Shown here piece after piece: positions 54,439 to 63,038 of a DNA stretch of 64,000 nucleotides. The first letter of the stretch is position 1. Each line of letters begins with the position of its first letter. The stretch is from Candidatus Altimarinota bacterium (GTDB lineage: Bacteria > Patescibacteriota > Gracilibacteria > UBA1369). Below the pieces are notes generated by a model. The model was not told where the DNA came from, ran no database searches, and saw only the letters and a program-made list of their open reading frames with translations. Made by a program: the position numbers and the translations under genes. The stretch lies in NCBI GenBank assembly GCA_041738505.1, contig JBGSPQ010000040.1, positions 6,092 through 70,091 on the forward strand, written 5' to 3'.

Positions 54439-54586
54439 CCGGATTGATTGGGAAAACGTCCGCAGTATATTTTATTTTGTACTTGCAAGTCTACGTTTTT
54501 TACTCGTGCTGCCATTGAAAGTATTACATGCCATGAAATGTGGTATATTTGGATATGTTAAAACAATAATCCTTTTTCATAGCGAT

Positions 54587-55711
54587 ATGCCTAAAAAACT
54601 TATTAAAGAAGTTGAATCCATGGAGTCTCTTTTGAAGCAGGGGAATGTTTTTTTGAATCTTACAATCCAAAGTCTGGATTTAAGAAAAATGGATATTGAC
54701 TGGTCAAAGGTTCAACTCGCGAACACTACTTTTCTGGGTTGCGAAATGTCAAAAGAGACCGAGCTGATTTTGAAACAGAAAGGCGCAATTTTGTATCCAA
54801 AGATTGTGGGGCTTCCTTTTAATCCTTACAGGAGGTCACTTTATAACTGGCATGAACTTATGGACGGGTATGATCCGGATCCGGAAAAAGACGGCAGTCT
54901 TGATTTTAAGATTTATAACCATTTTCAGTATTTTAGAAACGAGATGGATATTAATGAGAGTCTGGCGGAAAGGATTCATGATCATGCAATTGATGATGCC
55001 ATTAATGATATTTTGAAATTTGATGATACCGGAATGACTGAAAGAAAGTGTGTTGCGGTTATGGGAGGACATGGGATTCTTAGAACCGATCCCTCTTTTG
55101 AAAAGATAGCCGTTTTGACCAAAAGTCTGACTGAAGCCGGTTATTTTATTTTATCGGGAGGGGGGCCGGGGATTATGGAAGCGGCCAATATGGGGGCTTA
55201 CTTCGCGGGGAAAAACGAGGATGATTTGATCAAAGCCATTGCCTTTTTAAAGACTTCTCCCGGGTTTAGGGATGAAGGATTTGTTTTAAAGGCCAAGCAA
55301 GTAATTGAGCAATATCCCGAAGGAGCGGAAAATCTGGCAATTCCCACTTGGTTTTACGGTCATGAGCCTTCCAATTTGTTTGCCACTCATATCGCTAAGT
55401 ATTTTTCCAACGCGATCCGCGAGGATAAATTGCTTTCCGCGGCTCTGTACGGAATCATTTATGCTCCAGGCAGTGCGGGCACCATCCAGGAGATTTTTGC
55501 GGACGCCACGCAGAATCATTATGAGACTTTCGGATATGTAAGTCCGATGATATTTTTCGGCAAGGATTTTTGGAGTGTGGATTCGCATATTTACCAGGCG
55601 TTGGAACATCTTTCGGAAGGGCATAAATATCATGAAATGCTTGCCATTTCGGATGATGTGGACGAAGTGGCAAAATTCATAAAAGAGCATCCGCCGGTGA
55701 AAGCGGGCTGA
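54587..55711 (+). CDS. LOG-family (TIGR00730-type) Rossmann protein with an N-terminal extra domain
   Basis: Start at MPKKLIKE preferred. GGGPGIMEAANMGA and PGSAGTIQEIF are the two LOG/lysine-decarboxylase-like signature motifs. The approximately 150-aa N-terminal region (LNLTIQSLDLRKMDIDWSKVQLANTTFLGCEM) looks pentapeptide-repeat-like. Confidence 0.6.
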   Translation: MPKKLIKEVESMESLLKQGNVFLNLTIQSLDLRKMDIDWSKVQLANTTFLGCEMSKETELILKQKGAILYPKIVGLPFNPYRRSLYNWHELMDGYDPDPEKDGSLDFKIYNHFQYFRNEMDINESLAERIHDHAIDDAINDILKFDDTGMTERKCVAVMGGHGILRTDPSFEKIAVLTKSLTEAGYFILSGGGPGIMEAANMGAYFAGKNEDDLIKAIAFLKTSPGFRDEGFVLKAKQVIEQYPEGAENLAIPTWFYGHEPSNLFATHIAKYFSNAIREDKLLSAALYGIIYAPGSAGTIQEIFADATQNHYETFGYVSPMIFFGKDFWSVDSHIYQALEHLSEGHKYHEMLAISDDVDEVAKFIKEHPPVKAG

Positions 55712-55730
55712 TGAATGATGTTTTTATTGA

Positions 55731-56414
55731 TTGGAATATATGAAAATTATGAGTGGTTTTTGGAAAAAAATTTTGGTTACGGCGGGCGTTGCGTCTTTTG
55801 TGCTGTTGTTGTTTGTGTTGCTGGCGAACACAGTGGTGGTTTCCACCGGATCGGATTATGCTTATGTAGAGGTGCAGGATGTGCCCGAGTCACAGGCCGC
55901 TCTGATTTTGGGGGCGAGAGTTTTTGACGACGGCAGATTGAGTAAAATGATGCAGGACAGGGCGGATTCGGCTTTGGAACTGTATGAAACCGGGAAAGTC
56001 GGCAGGCTGATTATGAGCGGGGATCACGGGACAACGACTTATGACGAGGTCAATACGGTCAAGGATTATCTGCTGGAAAAGGGGGTTAAGCCGGAGGATC
56101 TGTTTTTGGATCATGCCGGATTTGACACTTATGACAGCCTTTATCGCGCGCGGGATATCTTTGGGGTGAAGTCGCTGATTGTGGTGACGCAAAAATTCCA
56201 TCTGTCGCGGGCGTTGTACATAGGCCGTTCTTTGGGGATGGAGGTTTACGGTTACGCGGCGGACAGGCGTGAATATCAGGGCATGTTTTGGAACGAGTTG
56301 CGGGAATCTTTGGCACGATCAAAGGCTTTGCTGGATGTGATGTCCGGGGCTAAACCAAAGTTTCTGGGAGAGATGATTCCGATAGAAGGGGACAGCAGTT
56401 TGAGCTGGGATTAG
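55731..56414 (+). CDS. SanA/YdcF (DUF218) family membrane-anchored protein
   Basis: An N-terminal TM segment is followed by ALILGARVFDDGRLSKMMQDRADSALELYETGKVGRLIMSGDHG, typical of SanA. Confidence 0.7.
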   Translation: MEYMKIMSGFWKKILVTAGVASFVLLLFVLLANTVVVSTGSDYAYVEVQDVPESQAALILGARVFDDGRLSKMMQDRADSALELYETGKVGRLIMSGDHGTTTYDEVNTVKDYLLEKGVKPEDLFLDHAGFDTYDSLYRARDIFGVKSLIVVTQKFHLSRALYIGRSLGMEVYGYAADRREYQGMFWNELRESLARSKALLDVMSGAKPKFLGEMIPIEGDSSLSWD

Positions 56415-56515
56415 GGGGAGATTGACGGATTTTTGTGTATCCTTTTTTTAGGTATGCATTAGATATTGAATTTATTCATGGAAAAGTGGATAATGACAAA
56501 TCTTAAAAAATTTAT

Positions 56516-57400
56516 ATGCAAAAAATATCTTCACATTTGTGGTTTGATAAGGAAGCCAAAGAGGCGGCGGCTTTTTATACTTCTCTGTTTGATAATTCGA
56601 AAATAAAATCAACGTGGGTGCTCCATAACACACCTTCGGGTGATGTTGACTGGCTTACGATAGTTCTTGCCGGAATGGAATTTACCTTTATCAACGCCGG
56701 GCCGGTTTTTAAATTCAATCCGTCCGTTTCTTATCTGGTCGCATGCAAAACGGAGAAAGAGGTTGATAATCTGTGGAAGGCTTTTTCGAAAGGAGGGACT
56801 CCGTTAATGGATTTGGGTGCATACCCCTTTAGCAAAAAATATGGATGGATACAGGACAGGTACGGGCTTTCCTGGCAAATAATGTTTATGGGGGACAGGA
56901 AAGTGACGCAAAAAATCATACCCACGCTGATGTTTGTGGGGAAGGTATGCGGTAAGGCGGAAGAAGCGATGAACTTTTACGCTTCGGTATTTAAGGATGC
57001 GAAAATCGGTGAAATCATGCGTTATGAGAAAGGTGAGAAACCCGACAAACCCGGAACCATCAAGCATGCGGAGTTTACACTTGAGGGTGTTAAATTTGCG
57101 GCCATGGATAGCGCTTATGAACATGATTTTATGTTTAATGAAGCAATCTCTTTTGTTGTTTACTGTGAAACACAAAAGGAAATTGACTACTTCTGGGAAA
57201 AACTTTCCGCGGTTCCGGAGTCTGAACAATGCGGCTGGCTTAAAGATAAATACGGATTTTCATGGCAGATAGTGCCGAATGTTATGGATGATATGATGAA
57301 AAAAGGTGATGAACGGAAAATCGCGCGGCTTACGGAGGCTTTTCTTAAAATGAAAAAGTTTGATATTGCCGCGCTAAAAAAAGTTTATGACAGTAATTAA
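56516..57400 (+). CDS. VOC-superfamily protein, duplicated 3-demethylubiquinone-9 3-methyltransferase-like (PhnB-type) domains
   Basis: There are two tandem halves, each of the form ..LWFDKEAKEAAAFY.S.F... ..D.YG.SWQI. (DRYGLSWQIM and DKYGFSWQIV). Confidence 0.6.
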   Translation: MQKISSHLWFDKEAKEAAAFYTSLFDNSKIKSTWVLHNTPSGDVDWLTIVLAGMEFTFINAGPVFKFNPSVSYLVACKTEKEVDNLWKAFSKGGTPLMDLGAYPFSKKYGWIQDRYGLSWQIMFMGDRKVTQKIIPTLMFVGKVCGKAEEAMNFYASVFKDAKIGEIMRYEKGEKPDKPGTIKHAEFTLEGVKFAAMDSAYEHDFMFNEAISFVVYCETQKEIDYFWEKLSAVPESEQCGWLKDKYGFSWQIVPNVMDDMMKKGDERKIARLTEAFLKMKKFDIAALKKVYDSN

Positions 57401-57427
57401 AAATTATTATTCCTAACCAATTTTTTT

Positions 57428-57862
57428 ATGATTAAATTGAATCCTTATCTGAATTTTGACGGTAATACCGAAGAGGCTTTTCTCTTTTATAAGAGCGTTT
57501 TCGGGGGAGAATTCACTTCTTTGGTTCGGTTTAAAGATATGCCCATGGAGGGGGTGGAAATCCCAAAGCAGGATGCAAATAAAATCATGCATGTCGGTCT
57601 GCCGATTGGCGGTGATCAGGTTTTAATGGCGACCGATACGCTGAAATCGCTCGGCCAAAATTTGTTAAAAGGTAACAATTCTAATATTTCCATCAATACC
57701 GATGATAAGAAAGAGGCGGACAAAATTTTTGCCGCGCTTTCATCGGGGGGGAAAGTGGAAATGGAATTGGCGGATCAGCCCTGGGGTGATTATTACGGCG
57801 GTTTCACGGATAAGTTTGGTGTCAAATGGATGGTCAGTTATACGTATCCAAAGGAAAAATAA
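57428..57862 (+). CDS. VOC-family (glyoxalase/PhnB-like) protein
   Basis: 144 aa. LNPYLNFDGNTEEAFLFYKSVFGGEF..IMHV.L.IGG..LM..D ... DKFGVKWMV is the PhnB-like pattern. Confidence 0.65.
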   Translation: MIKLNPYLNFDGNTEEAFLFYKSVFGGEFTSLVRFKDMPMEGVEIPKQDANKIMHVGLPIGGDQVLMATDTLKSLGQNLLKGNNSNISINTDDKKEADKIFAALSSGGKVEMELADQPWGDYYGGFTDKFGVKWMVSYTYPKEK

Positions 57863-57889
57863 TCGGACTGCGGGGAAATGCCGGCGTTG

Positions 57890-58129
57890 TCAGCTTTTGT
57901 CTCTTTCGGATAATTGAGCGAGTGTTTTTTCACGCATCAACATCTCTACGTGTTCCGTGGCGAAAACGGGTATTTCCGGTGTGCCCGTTTCCGTTTGCTT
58001 AAGGATATTCCGCAGATCCGCTTTGGTTTTTTCAACTACAGCCAACGGCACTTCGATGTAAGACCAGGAATCTTTTTCCAGAGGGTTTTGCGCCCGAGTC
58101 TCCAGACAGCTGACCGCCTTTCTTTTCAT
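57890..58129 (-). CDS. hypothetical small protein (79 aa)
   Basis: ORF co-directional with and 116 nt downstream of the 508-aa gene. No motif is recognised and coding status is uncertain. Confidence 0.3.
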   Translation of the reverse strand: MKRKAVSCLETRAQNPLEKDSWSYIEVPLAVVEKTKADLRNILKQTETGTPEIPVFATEHVEMLMREKTLAQLSERDKS

Positions 58130-58245
58130 CCCCTTTTTTAAGGCAATATTCGGATAAGCCCTCTAAAACCGGCATTATGGGTTATTTATGGTAGGACAAA
58201 ATAAAACAAAAGCATAAGAATGTCAATATGTGGCAGGCGGAAATC

Positions 58246-59772
58246 TTATGGAGCGGAGTCGTGGAGGTTGTTAGAACGGTTTTTCTCTGAATTCCTGTCT
58301 TTTTTTAGATTAACGAACATTTGCCAGGCCATGCCTTTATACGTAGGAGAGTTGCAGATGGGGCAATAAAAGCGCTTTTTGTATTGTTCAATGATTTCTT
58401 TGGGACTTAAATATGTAATAAATCCCCAGTTGCATTGAGTGCAAGCTATTGGCAAGTCAATATCTTCTCTCATCAATGTTAAACCAAATTTTCCAAATGC
58501 TTCTTTCTTTATTTCCTTAACAAGTACTATTAAAAATGAATCATCGATTGAATGCTCATTACCATAAATATTTTTTTTAGCCAATAAAGCAAAACAAATG
58601 TATTGAACAATTTTTTTCTGTGCCTCGGTAAATTTTCTTTTCAATTCGTTTACCGTTTCTGTGTCCGCAAATAGATGTTTAATATGATCTGAAACTTCGG
58701 TCATCACTTGATTGGGATCATGACTCCTGACAGATTTACTTTGGGCTAAAAAAGCAACATATTCATCGGGTGAAATAGCCAATATACTGGCTAATTCCTT
58801 TGCCAAGATTATTTGTTGTTTTCTGGGCATGGCTTGCCCCGGCTCAGCCTGTACGGATTTTCCAAATAAATAAAAAATTGACATCGCCCTTTCGGGTTCA
58901 CCTAAAGCTAGCTCATTTAAAAAATCGTCCAATGCTTTGGGCCAAGTCCAGTTATGGTGCGTAGCCATGGGTATTTTTTCCTTTTTCCTGAATTTTTCGA
59001 GTAATTGGGGAAAATTTTCGGTAACCGCCTCGTGTTCAGATGCTTCAATTTTTGTAATTTGAAGGTAATTAAATACTATCCCAAGGATCTCTTCATGAGT
59101 CATCCATTCATCACGATAAATAATGAAGTATTTGTTTTTTATTTCTTCAGGAATGTCTAACTGAAAATTTTTGTTAATGATAATAACACTGCCTTCCGGC
59201 AGTACCGTGCCTCCCACATAAAAAGTATCTACCGCAAGCAAGCATTCAGGTTTGCCATTTTGTTGCACCATGCTTTTGCCCGGAATGACATATAATAATG
59301 GAGTCCCTTCCCAGTTTCCCATCATATGGCTTGCCACTTTATGATTCAGAGTAAAATGTTGGGTTCTACGACCATAATAATTGGTTCCCGAGCTTTCAAG
59401 GCTTGTTGGAAGGTCCAATAATTGCTTTCTTTCATTAATTTGTGGCGGGAAATCAGTGGTCCTAATAAAAACAAGATTACTCCATCCCAGTTTTTGATCA
59501 GGCAGCAAAGGTCTACCTGACGGGAACTGTGGATCTCTTTTTAAAGGCTGGCAACGCCATTTAATTTTTTCCAGAATAGGTGAAATTTGTGCACGTATCA
59601 GCTCAAGACGTGTATTTTTTTCCTCTTCATCACAGTCTGACAAGGTTTTTGTTTTTATATCCGAAAAAGACCGGTCATTTTGTTCCATGAATGCTTTCTT
59701 AATAAGAATCATTAAATTATAACACGTTTCAGTTAACGTGTCATGGAGCCGTTGACGTAATAATGGGTTCAT
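58246..59772 (-). CDS. hypothetical 508-aa protein with a C-terminal CxxC..CxxC zinc-ribbon
   Basis: Strong SD (aggagg) lies 8 nt upstream of the ATG. The gene is very AT-rich. The C-terminus has CTQCNWG...CPICNSP. No other motif could be placed. Confidence 0.65.
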   Translation of the reverse strand: MNPLLRQRLHDTLTETCYNLMILIKKAFMEQNDRSFSDIKTKTLSDCDEEEKNTRLELIRAQISPILEKIKWRCQPLKRDPQFPSGRPLLPDQKLGWSNLVFIRTTDFPPQINERKQLLDLPTSLESSGTNYYGRRTQHFTLNHKVASHMMGNWEGTPLLYVIPGKSMVQQNGKPECLLAVDTFYVGGTVLPEGSVIIINKNFQLDIPEEIKNKYFIIYRDEWMTHEEILGIVFNYLQITKIEASEHEAVTENFPQLLEKFRKKEKIPMATHHNWTWPKALDDFLNELALGEPERAMSIFYLFGKSVQAEPGQAMPRKQQIILAKELASILAISPDEYVAFLAQSKSVRSHDPNQVMTEVSDHIKHLFADTETVNELKRKFTEAQKKIVQYICFALLAKKNIYGNEHSIDDSFLIVLVKEIKKEAFGKFGLTLMREDIDLPIACTQCNWGFITYLSPKEIIEQYKKRFYCPICNSPTYKGMAWQMFVNLKKDRNSEKNRSNNLHDSAP

Positions 59773-59827
59773 GTACTATATTCCTCCTGTTTTGGATTTC
59801 ACCTAAAGATGAACAAGATTTTCTATC

Positions 59828-60412
59828 TTACAGAATCACTCTTTCCAATTGTTCGATAGCGTGTTGCATGTCCTCTCTAACCGACAATCTGGTTACACTA
59901 GTTTCTTCTGTATTGAACTTTAAAAATGCAAAGTTTGGATTTTCCGTCATTTCCTCTTCTGTAATGGGTTCTGACTGAGCGTTAATTCTGTCCCATGCAG
60001 CCGTATGGTTTGGTGGGTCATGTAAGTCACTTTGAATAATTCTTTCCCTGATTCGTTTTTTTGCGACTTGTTCGCTGCATTCACATTGAATCAAGACTGC
60101 CATTAGTTCTCTATTTAGTCTGATACTAACCTCTTCTATTACTCTATAGCTCTGTTCCCTGGAACGGCGCCTGACATATGGGGTGGCTATAATAACAGGT
60201 TCTCCGGCCAATAATGATGTAATTTTTCTGGCAAATATTTCCCTCATAATTATGGGGGTGTCCTTTGGATCGTAATGAGTTATTCCAAATTCTCGCCTGA
60301 CTAAATCCGGATCCAATACCGGCACATCAAGTACTTTTGCCAGCTTTCCCGCCGCTGTAGATTTTCCCGTGCTGGAATTACCTGTAAAAAGATATAAATC
60401 CAGTTTGTTCAT
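59828..60412 (-). CDS. small P-loop NTPase / kinase-like protein (AAA_33 / zeta-toxin-like architecture)
   Basis: Start preferred at MNKLDLYLFTGNSSTGKSTAAGKLAKVL, with Walker A 10 aa from the N-terminus. The track ORF begins at a GTG at 60484 that overlaps the upstream stop (GTGA). The product is about 194 aa. Confidence 0.6.
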   Translation of the reverse strand: MNKLDLYLFTGNSSTGKSTAAGKLAKVLDVPVLDPDLVRREFGITHYDPKDTPIIMREIFARKITSLLAGEPVIIATPYVRRRSREQSYRVIEEVSIRLNRELMAVLIQCECSEQVAKKRIRERIIQSDLHDPPNHTAAWDRINAQSEPITEEEMTENPNFAFLKFNTEETSVTRLSVREDMQHAIEQLERVIL

Positions 60413-60480
60413 CTCTTCTTCAAAAAAAATGGAGATTATAATAATAGATTTATGCCTTTTTGTCAAATCCCCTTTTATAA

Positions 60481-60942
60481 TCACATATCGGTCGGGGAAA
60501 TGCCGGAATTGATGGTGTTCGCGAGGTCGTTGGCATCATCGATAGTGAATTGGCCTGTTATCTGGACCGCGCCTCCTGTGATGGCCTCCAGAACGGTGGG
60601 GGTGGTAATTAGTTCGTCGCCGACGAAAATGGCGATGGGTTTGCCAATGTTGCGTGTGGTTATTTCGGTGAGCAGTTGGGTGCCCGCATAATTAAATTCC
60701 ACCATCACGAACGGCTCGTTTGTGAACGTGCTGAATTGAACGTCCGCTTTTTTAACGTGGCGACTGTCCAGTCCGGTTTCCATCCAGGGGTCTTCGTCCG
60801 GTGCGTAAGCGGGTTTGAGTTCTTTCATGATGAATTGCCCCGTTGGCGGTGCGGTGTCTTGTGTGTCCACGGGTTGGCTGACGTTGCCGGCGGAGATGCC
60901 GGTAAAGAGCAGTAAACTTAAAAGGGCGTTTATAAGTGACAT
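60481..60942 (-). CDS. small secreted protein with a SecD-P1-head-like segment
   Basis: Start at MSLINALLSLLLFTGISAG (signal peptide); the longer track ORF runs into the tRNA. ITGGAVQITGQFTIDDANDLANTINSG resembles the conserved G.FT.eEA..LA..l..G block of the SecD periplasmic domain. This is tentative. Confidence 0.4.
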   Translation of the reverse strand: MSLINALLSLLLFTGISAGNVSQPVDTQDTAPPTGQFIMKELKPAYAPDEDPWMETGLDSRHVKKADVQFSTFTNEPFVMVEFNYAGTQLLTEITTRNIGKPIAIFVGDELITTPTVLEAITGGAVQITGQFTIDDANDLANTINSGISPTDM

Positions 60943-60954
60943 GGGGAATAAATA

Positions 60955-61030
60955 TGGAGCCGCTGACGGGAATCGAACCCGTGACCTCATCCTTACCATG
61001 GATGCGCTCTACCATCTGAGCTACGGCGGC
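60955..61030 (-). tRNA. tRNA-Thr (anticodon GGU), CCA encoded
   Basis: The reverse complement is GCCGCCGTAGCTCAGATGGTAGAGCGCATCCATGGTAAGGATGAGGTCACGGGTTCGATTCCCGTCAGCGGCTCCA. The anticodon stem is CATCC/GGATG with loop ATGGTAA. There is one C-A mismatch in the acceptor stem (6:67). Confidence 0.9.
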
Positions 61031-61207
61031 GTGGTGTGAATTAAGCTACGGCGGCTTGATTTGAACTGTACTATTCAGCTTAAAATCAATAGCGGGAAGC
61101 AACGTGTGGAAATTTTATCATGTAATGATGAAATTGCAATGAATCTTGACTATTTTTGGCAATGTGTTATTTAAGGTAACAAACTTATTTTTTTGATTAC
61201 CGATTTT

Positions 61208-62950
61208 ATGTATACCGCGCCGCCGCCAAAGGATTTGAATGAGGAGCCGATTGATTTGGAGTCCGCCAAAGATATTGTGACCGATATGGCTCAAAGACTT
61301 TATGCACATTTTTCTCAGATGAATTTGAACGCGGATCAGTGGCTGAAGTGTCTGGAAAATTTTTTGGCTGAGGAGGAGGGGCAGGGCCAGAATATAACCT
61401 GCCCGGCCGATGTGGATGCGAAAATCGCCACGATTTTGCAGAATGACAAGCATATTCCGCTGAATCAGATTTCGGAGGATGCTAAAAAGGCCGTATACCG
61501 TGAGGTGGCGGAGTGGCTTGCGGCGGAAAAGATTTGTGAAAAGATGATCAAATATGAAAGATCCATTGAGGACGGGTTGAAAAGCGGCCGGCTGATGCGG
61601 TTTAAGACAATCAAGGAGGTTAATGTGCTGAAAGATGACGGTGACGCTTTTGGGGCCGCTTCTTCCGTTGAGGAAATGACAGATTTTTTGCAGGAAAATT
61701 ATGTTGTGGATATGCTGGGGCCGATTGTGGGAGCGGGAGCCAGGGTGGAGGTTCGCGAGTTGAAGCCGGTAAAGTTTCCTTTGCCTTATCCCGAAAACGA
61801 TGAGCTTAGGGAGGGGCTGATGATTAAAATTCCCAATCGTTTTTTGGTTGTTCGCCTGACTAAGAAAAGTTATCGTAATGTTCTTGGAGATGCTGTTGCG
61901 GAAAGCGAAAAAAATGCCATTAAAGCTTTTGTGCTGGCTTCGGAGTTGTTGTTTTTTCCGGGTAAAGAAAACAGCGTGGAGGGTGTTTCCGCATGTGTGC
62001 GCGCCGATGTCTCCGGGGTTACCGAGGAGGAGCCGGAAAATGAATCACTTAATGGACCTTTAAGTCCGGCGGAGAAACATTCCTTTATCCCGCCTTTATT
62101 GATTATTCAGGCTCAGATAGGAGATTCTGGTCCGATGGAATATATGACGATTCAAAAAAAGGTAATGGCTCAGGGATCGGTGTTAAGAAATGATTGGGAG
62201 ATGAAGAGGGACTTGAAAGTCATTCCGGGTTTTAAGGAAAAGGTGCGGCTGTTTGTGGCGGCCTGCAAAAATTTTCATGAGGCCACGGGTTTGCTTCCCG
62301 ATTTGGTGGGGAACGGTAATGTTCTTTATACAAAAAGAGGGAATATTTATCTGGTGGATATTAATAATATCACCGGTCAACCGGATTACAGGCTGATTGC
62401 CTTGATTGGTCTGGCAAAGGATCTTCAGGGGAAAATGGAAAGTGATCGTATTGAGGAGGAAAAAAAAGTAAGATATCGAAAAGAATTTCTTGAAATAAGA
62501 AAGGAGATTTTAGAGGAAATGGAGGGCAAGCCTCAATATGAGGAATTCTGCAATGATGCCGCCATTGATCGTATTCTGGACACACTTTATATGGAAAAAA
62601 ATGATTTTGTGCGCGTGGGGTTTTTACGAGCCGTTCGTTTGATTGATAATTTAAAAATTCCTATTTTTCTTCATAATATAAGTAATTTGATGGGTATTGA
62701 AATTGATGTGTTGCAGAGTGAATTGGACAAAGGGGAAATATCGGAAGAGGAGTTTCAGCGCGGGAAGGAGGCTTTGAACGATGATCCATTATATAAGCCG
62801 TTAAGAAGTGCCGTTGGGGTGTGGAAAAACAAGAGATGTTATGTTTTTGAAGATATTTTGGATAATAAAGAGCAGGGTCATAACAACTGGATAGCAGATT
62901 ATGTAAGTAAAATTTACGGGAATATTAATAGTGACGGATTGGGGTTGTAG
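61208..62950 (+). CDS. hypothetical 580-aa protein with a possible atypical kinase-like core
   Basis: ATG at 61208 (the track uses a TTG at 61193). LLPDLVGNGNVLYTKRGNIYLVDINN resembles a kinase catalytic loop plus a metal-binding Asp. A Glu/Lys-rich helical C-terminus follows. Nothing else is recognised. Confidence 0.5.
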   Translation: MYTAPPPKDLNEEPIDLESAKDIVTDMAQRLYAHFSQMNLNADQWLKCLENFLAEEEGQGQNITCPADVDAKIATILQNDKHIPLNQISEDAKKAVYREVAEWLAAEKICEKMIKYERSIEDGLKSGRLMRFKTIKEVNVLKDDGDAFGAASSVEEMTDFLQENYVVDMLGPIVGAGARVEVRELKPVKFPLPYPENDELREGLMIKIPNRFLVVRLTKKSYRNVLGDAVAESEKNAIKAFVLASELLFFPGKENSVEGVSACVRADVSGVTEEEPENESLNGPLSPAEKHSFIPPLLIIQAQIGDSGPMEYMTIQKKVMAQGSVLRNDWEMKRDLKVIPGFKEKVRLFVAACKNFHEATGLLPDLVGNGNVLYTKRGNIYLVDINNITGQPDYRLIALIGLAKDLQGKMESDRIEEEKKVRYRKEFLEIRKEILEEMEGKPQYEEFCNDAAIDRILDTLYMEKNDFVRVGFLRAVRLIDNLKIPIFLHNISNLMGIEIDVLQSELDKGEISEEEFQRGKEALNDDPLYKPLRSAVGVWKNKRCYVFEDILDNKEQGHNNWIADYVSKIYGNINSDGLGL

Positions 62951-63038
62951 ATTTTTTAAGCGAATTTTTAGAAAATTTTAATGTCCGGGTGTTAGGGTGG
63001 GATTAATTCCGCGCGGGAGATTATTCTTAACCTAAAAA

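Noticed and set aside
57890-61054. Calling the tRNA-Thr-adjacent island a bona fide integrative mobile element
   Set aside because: No integrase or excisionase is present and there is no clear att duplication of the tRNA 3' end. Only a 12-nt 5'-end duplication and a compositional shift support the idea, which is insufficient for a mobile_element call.
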